From the NCBI RefSeq assembly GCF_018350175.1, contig NC_058368.1:124374001-124438000 (forward strand): a stretch of DNA of 64,000 nucleotides, in the 5' to 3' direction. The notes beneath the pieces are model-generated. The model had not been told where the DNA came from and did not search any database. It was given only the letters and a program-made list of their open reading frames with translations. Each line of letters begins with the position of its first letter. Position 1 is the first letter of the stretch. This DNA is from Felis catus (lineage: Eukaryota). Both the position numbers and the translations under genes were made by a program. Shown here piece by piece: positions 63,557 to 64,000 of this stretch.

Positions 63557-64000
63557 GTCAATTATACCTGGGTTGACAGAGACTGATGCAGAGACAGCAT
63601 ACATGGTCCCAGAAGTCAGAGGTAGAAAAGTCCATGACAGTGTAAGCTCCTCTCTGAATCAGCAGAACTCAAGGGCAAGGTTTGGGCTTTTCACAGATGT
63701 GGAACTAGAGCATTTACCCAGGCAACTGACACCATGGGGGCACCAGTTGACATCTGAAGCATAGGTACCTCGAGTGAGGGCAGAAACATTGCTGGGTTCT
63801 AGAATAGTTTTCAGGTATTGCAGGGAGGAGAATCAATTTGTGTCAGAGATAACCCAGCTTGAAGCTCTCTCAAAGGTAATCTAAAGATTTGTCTCCTTAT
63901 TTAAGATCCGCATAATATTTGAAGTAACTGATCATAATAGGATCATAACAGCAATTCTCTGAATAGAATTAAAAATGGTGAGTTTGGGATGTGATGGAGA

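Noticed and set aside
1..64000. The supplied ORFs of 60-154 aa as protein-coding genes
   Set aside because: Many are translations of SINEs or microsatellites (LSLSLS, THTHTH, VCVCVC). The rest have no recognisable domain and are of chance length for mammalian non-coding DNA.

Overview
This is mammalian genomic DNA, almost certainly from a felid: it carries about 25 tRNA-derived CAN-SINE (SINEC_Fc-type) copies, including near-intact young ones, plus eutherian MIR, L1M, L2, MaLR/ERV LTR and DNA-transposon fossils. None of the supplied ORFs looks like a real single-exon protein; they fall in SINEs, microsatellites or random sequence. The best gene evidence is the 3' end of a minus-strand spliced gene that I could not name. 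It has two mini-exons with good splice signals (20950-20990, 41 nt; 15860-15898, 39 nt) and a terminal exon from 12357 to about 11310 with an AATAAA at 11330-11335. Everything above 21 kb is probably one or more long introns of this gene, and 1-11 kb is downstream flank. Points worth follow-up are the alternative C-termini from the mini-exons (with an in-frame TGA), three co-oriented CTCF-like motifs, a MEF2/TEAD motif cluster, several hairpins, nested or tagged SINE insertions and possible antisense exons. I found no prokaryote-type system and no evidence for a clearly novel biological system. Repeat family names are from recalled consensus sequences, not a database run.
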